Part shown: one piece after another, positions 63,500 to 64,000 of the stretch | Layout of the letters: the number at the start of each line of letters is the position of its first letter | Numbering within the stretch: position 1 is the stretch's first letter | Source of the DNA: Prevotella sp. | GTDB lineage: Bacteria; Bacteroidota; Bacteroidia; Bacteroidales; Bacteroidaceae | Direction of reading: 5' to 3' | Assembly (NCBI GenBank): GCA_050873125.1 | Contig: JBNMIE010000001.1 | Span: 17,878 to 81,877 of the forward strand | DNA length: 64,000 bases | Made by a program: the position numbers and the translations under genes | Notes under the pieces: generated by a model | Seen by the model: the letters and a program-made list of their open reading frames with translations, nothing else | The model's database searches: none | Told to the model about the DNA's origin: nothing

Positions 63500-64000
63500 T
63501 TTGTCATTTTGCCACCTTTGCGTCCAAGACACTGAAGGACAAGCATTTGCGGGTGGCAGATAAAGGGTGGCAGATTTTTATCTGTCACCCTTTTCTATAT
63601 TTCTTGCATCATGGAGAATTTAGAAGACCAAGTCTCCATTCTCGACTTTTTCTGAAGGCTGCAGCAGCACGCATCCTTGCGCAGAGTTGGTGCCAAGAAT
63701 GCGGACTTCACTTTTTACAGAACCGATGTGCATGGCTGGAAGATTGACACAGCAAATCACTTAAATGCCACATTTCCACCATGACACACTTGCAGACAAT
63801 ACAATCTCTGCGAGTTCAAATGAGTTTCTCGGCACTGAACTTTTTGTTCAAGGCGGTGGAACAAATAGTTCAAACTCTATGCACCATGCTGAACTTTTTG
63901 CTTCTGATTTATTTTGACGCATTTCAAGGGTGAAAGATGGTGACAAATAATGACGGTAATCTGCCACCTCTAAATGATTGACAATCAGCGGAAATATGAT
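63500..64000. repeat. Structured non-coding dispersed element, copy 2 (inverted relative to copy 1; truncated by the window edge)
   Basis: GGTGGCAGAT at 63552 and 63566; ATCTGTCACC at 63580; core 63836-63874 is nearly the reverse complement of 20168-20206; distal arm 63928-63969. Confidence 0.8.

Overview
Chromosomal window from a Bacteroidota genome, most likely Prevotellaceae (judged from gene orders and TAnnTTTG promoters). It is mostly housekeeping and metabolic: htpG 3' end; galM-gluP-galK; an L-arabinose cluster lacking araA, followed by tkt and rpiB; pyk; hup-bS22-rng; rfbA; zapA-rny; the atp operon; pfkA; nhaD; wzx and glycosyltransferases; pdxST; an AraC-RND efflux system; carbonic anhydrase; cydAB; and a WYL-Sel1 pair. 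No rRNA, tRNA, CRISPR array, transposase or integrase was recognised. The most unusual signal is non-coding. A ~390-500+ bp element occurs twice in opposite orientation (~19984-20373 upstream of a SprT protease gene; ~63500-64000+ downstream of WYL-Sel1). It has nested inverted arms built from a GGTGGCAGAT decamer and a conserved ~40-bp core. The core contains a TGTTCCA-N5-TGGAACA-like palindrome resembling the palindrome in the WYL promoter. Two other intergenic arrays of different sequence share the core's 22-bp period. Also noted: an unannotated bS22 gene, a deleted fecR relic, an ATP synthase gamma insertion, a His8-tailed HAD protein and a 17-bp post-stop repeat. Alignments were done by eye and family calls rest on motif recall, with no database searches.
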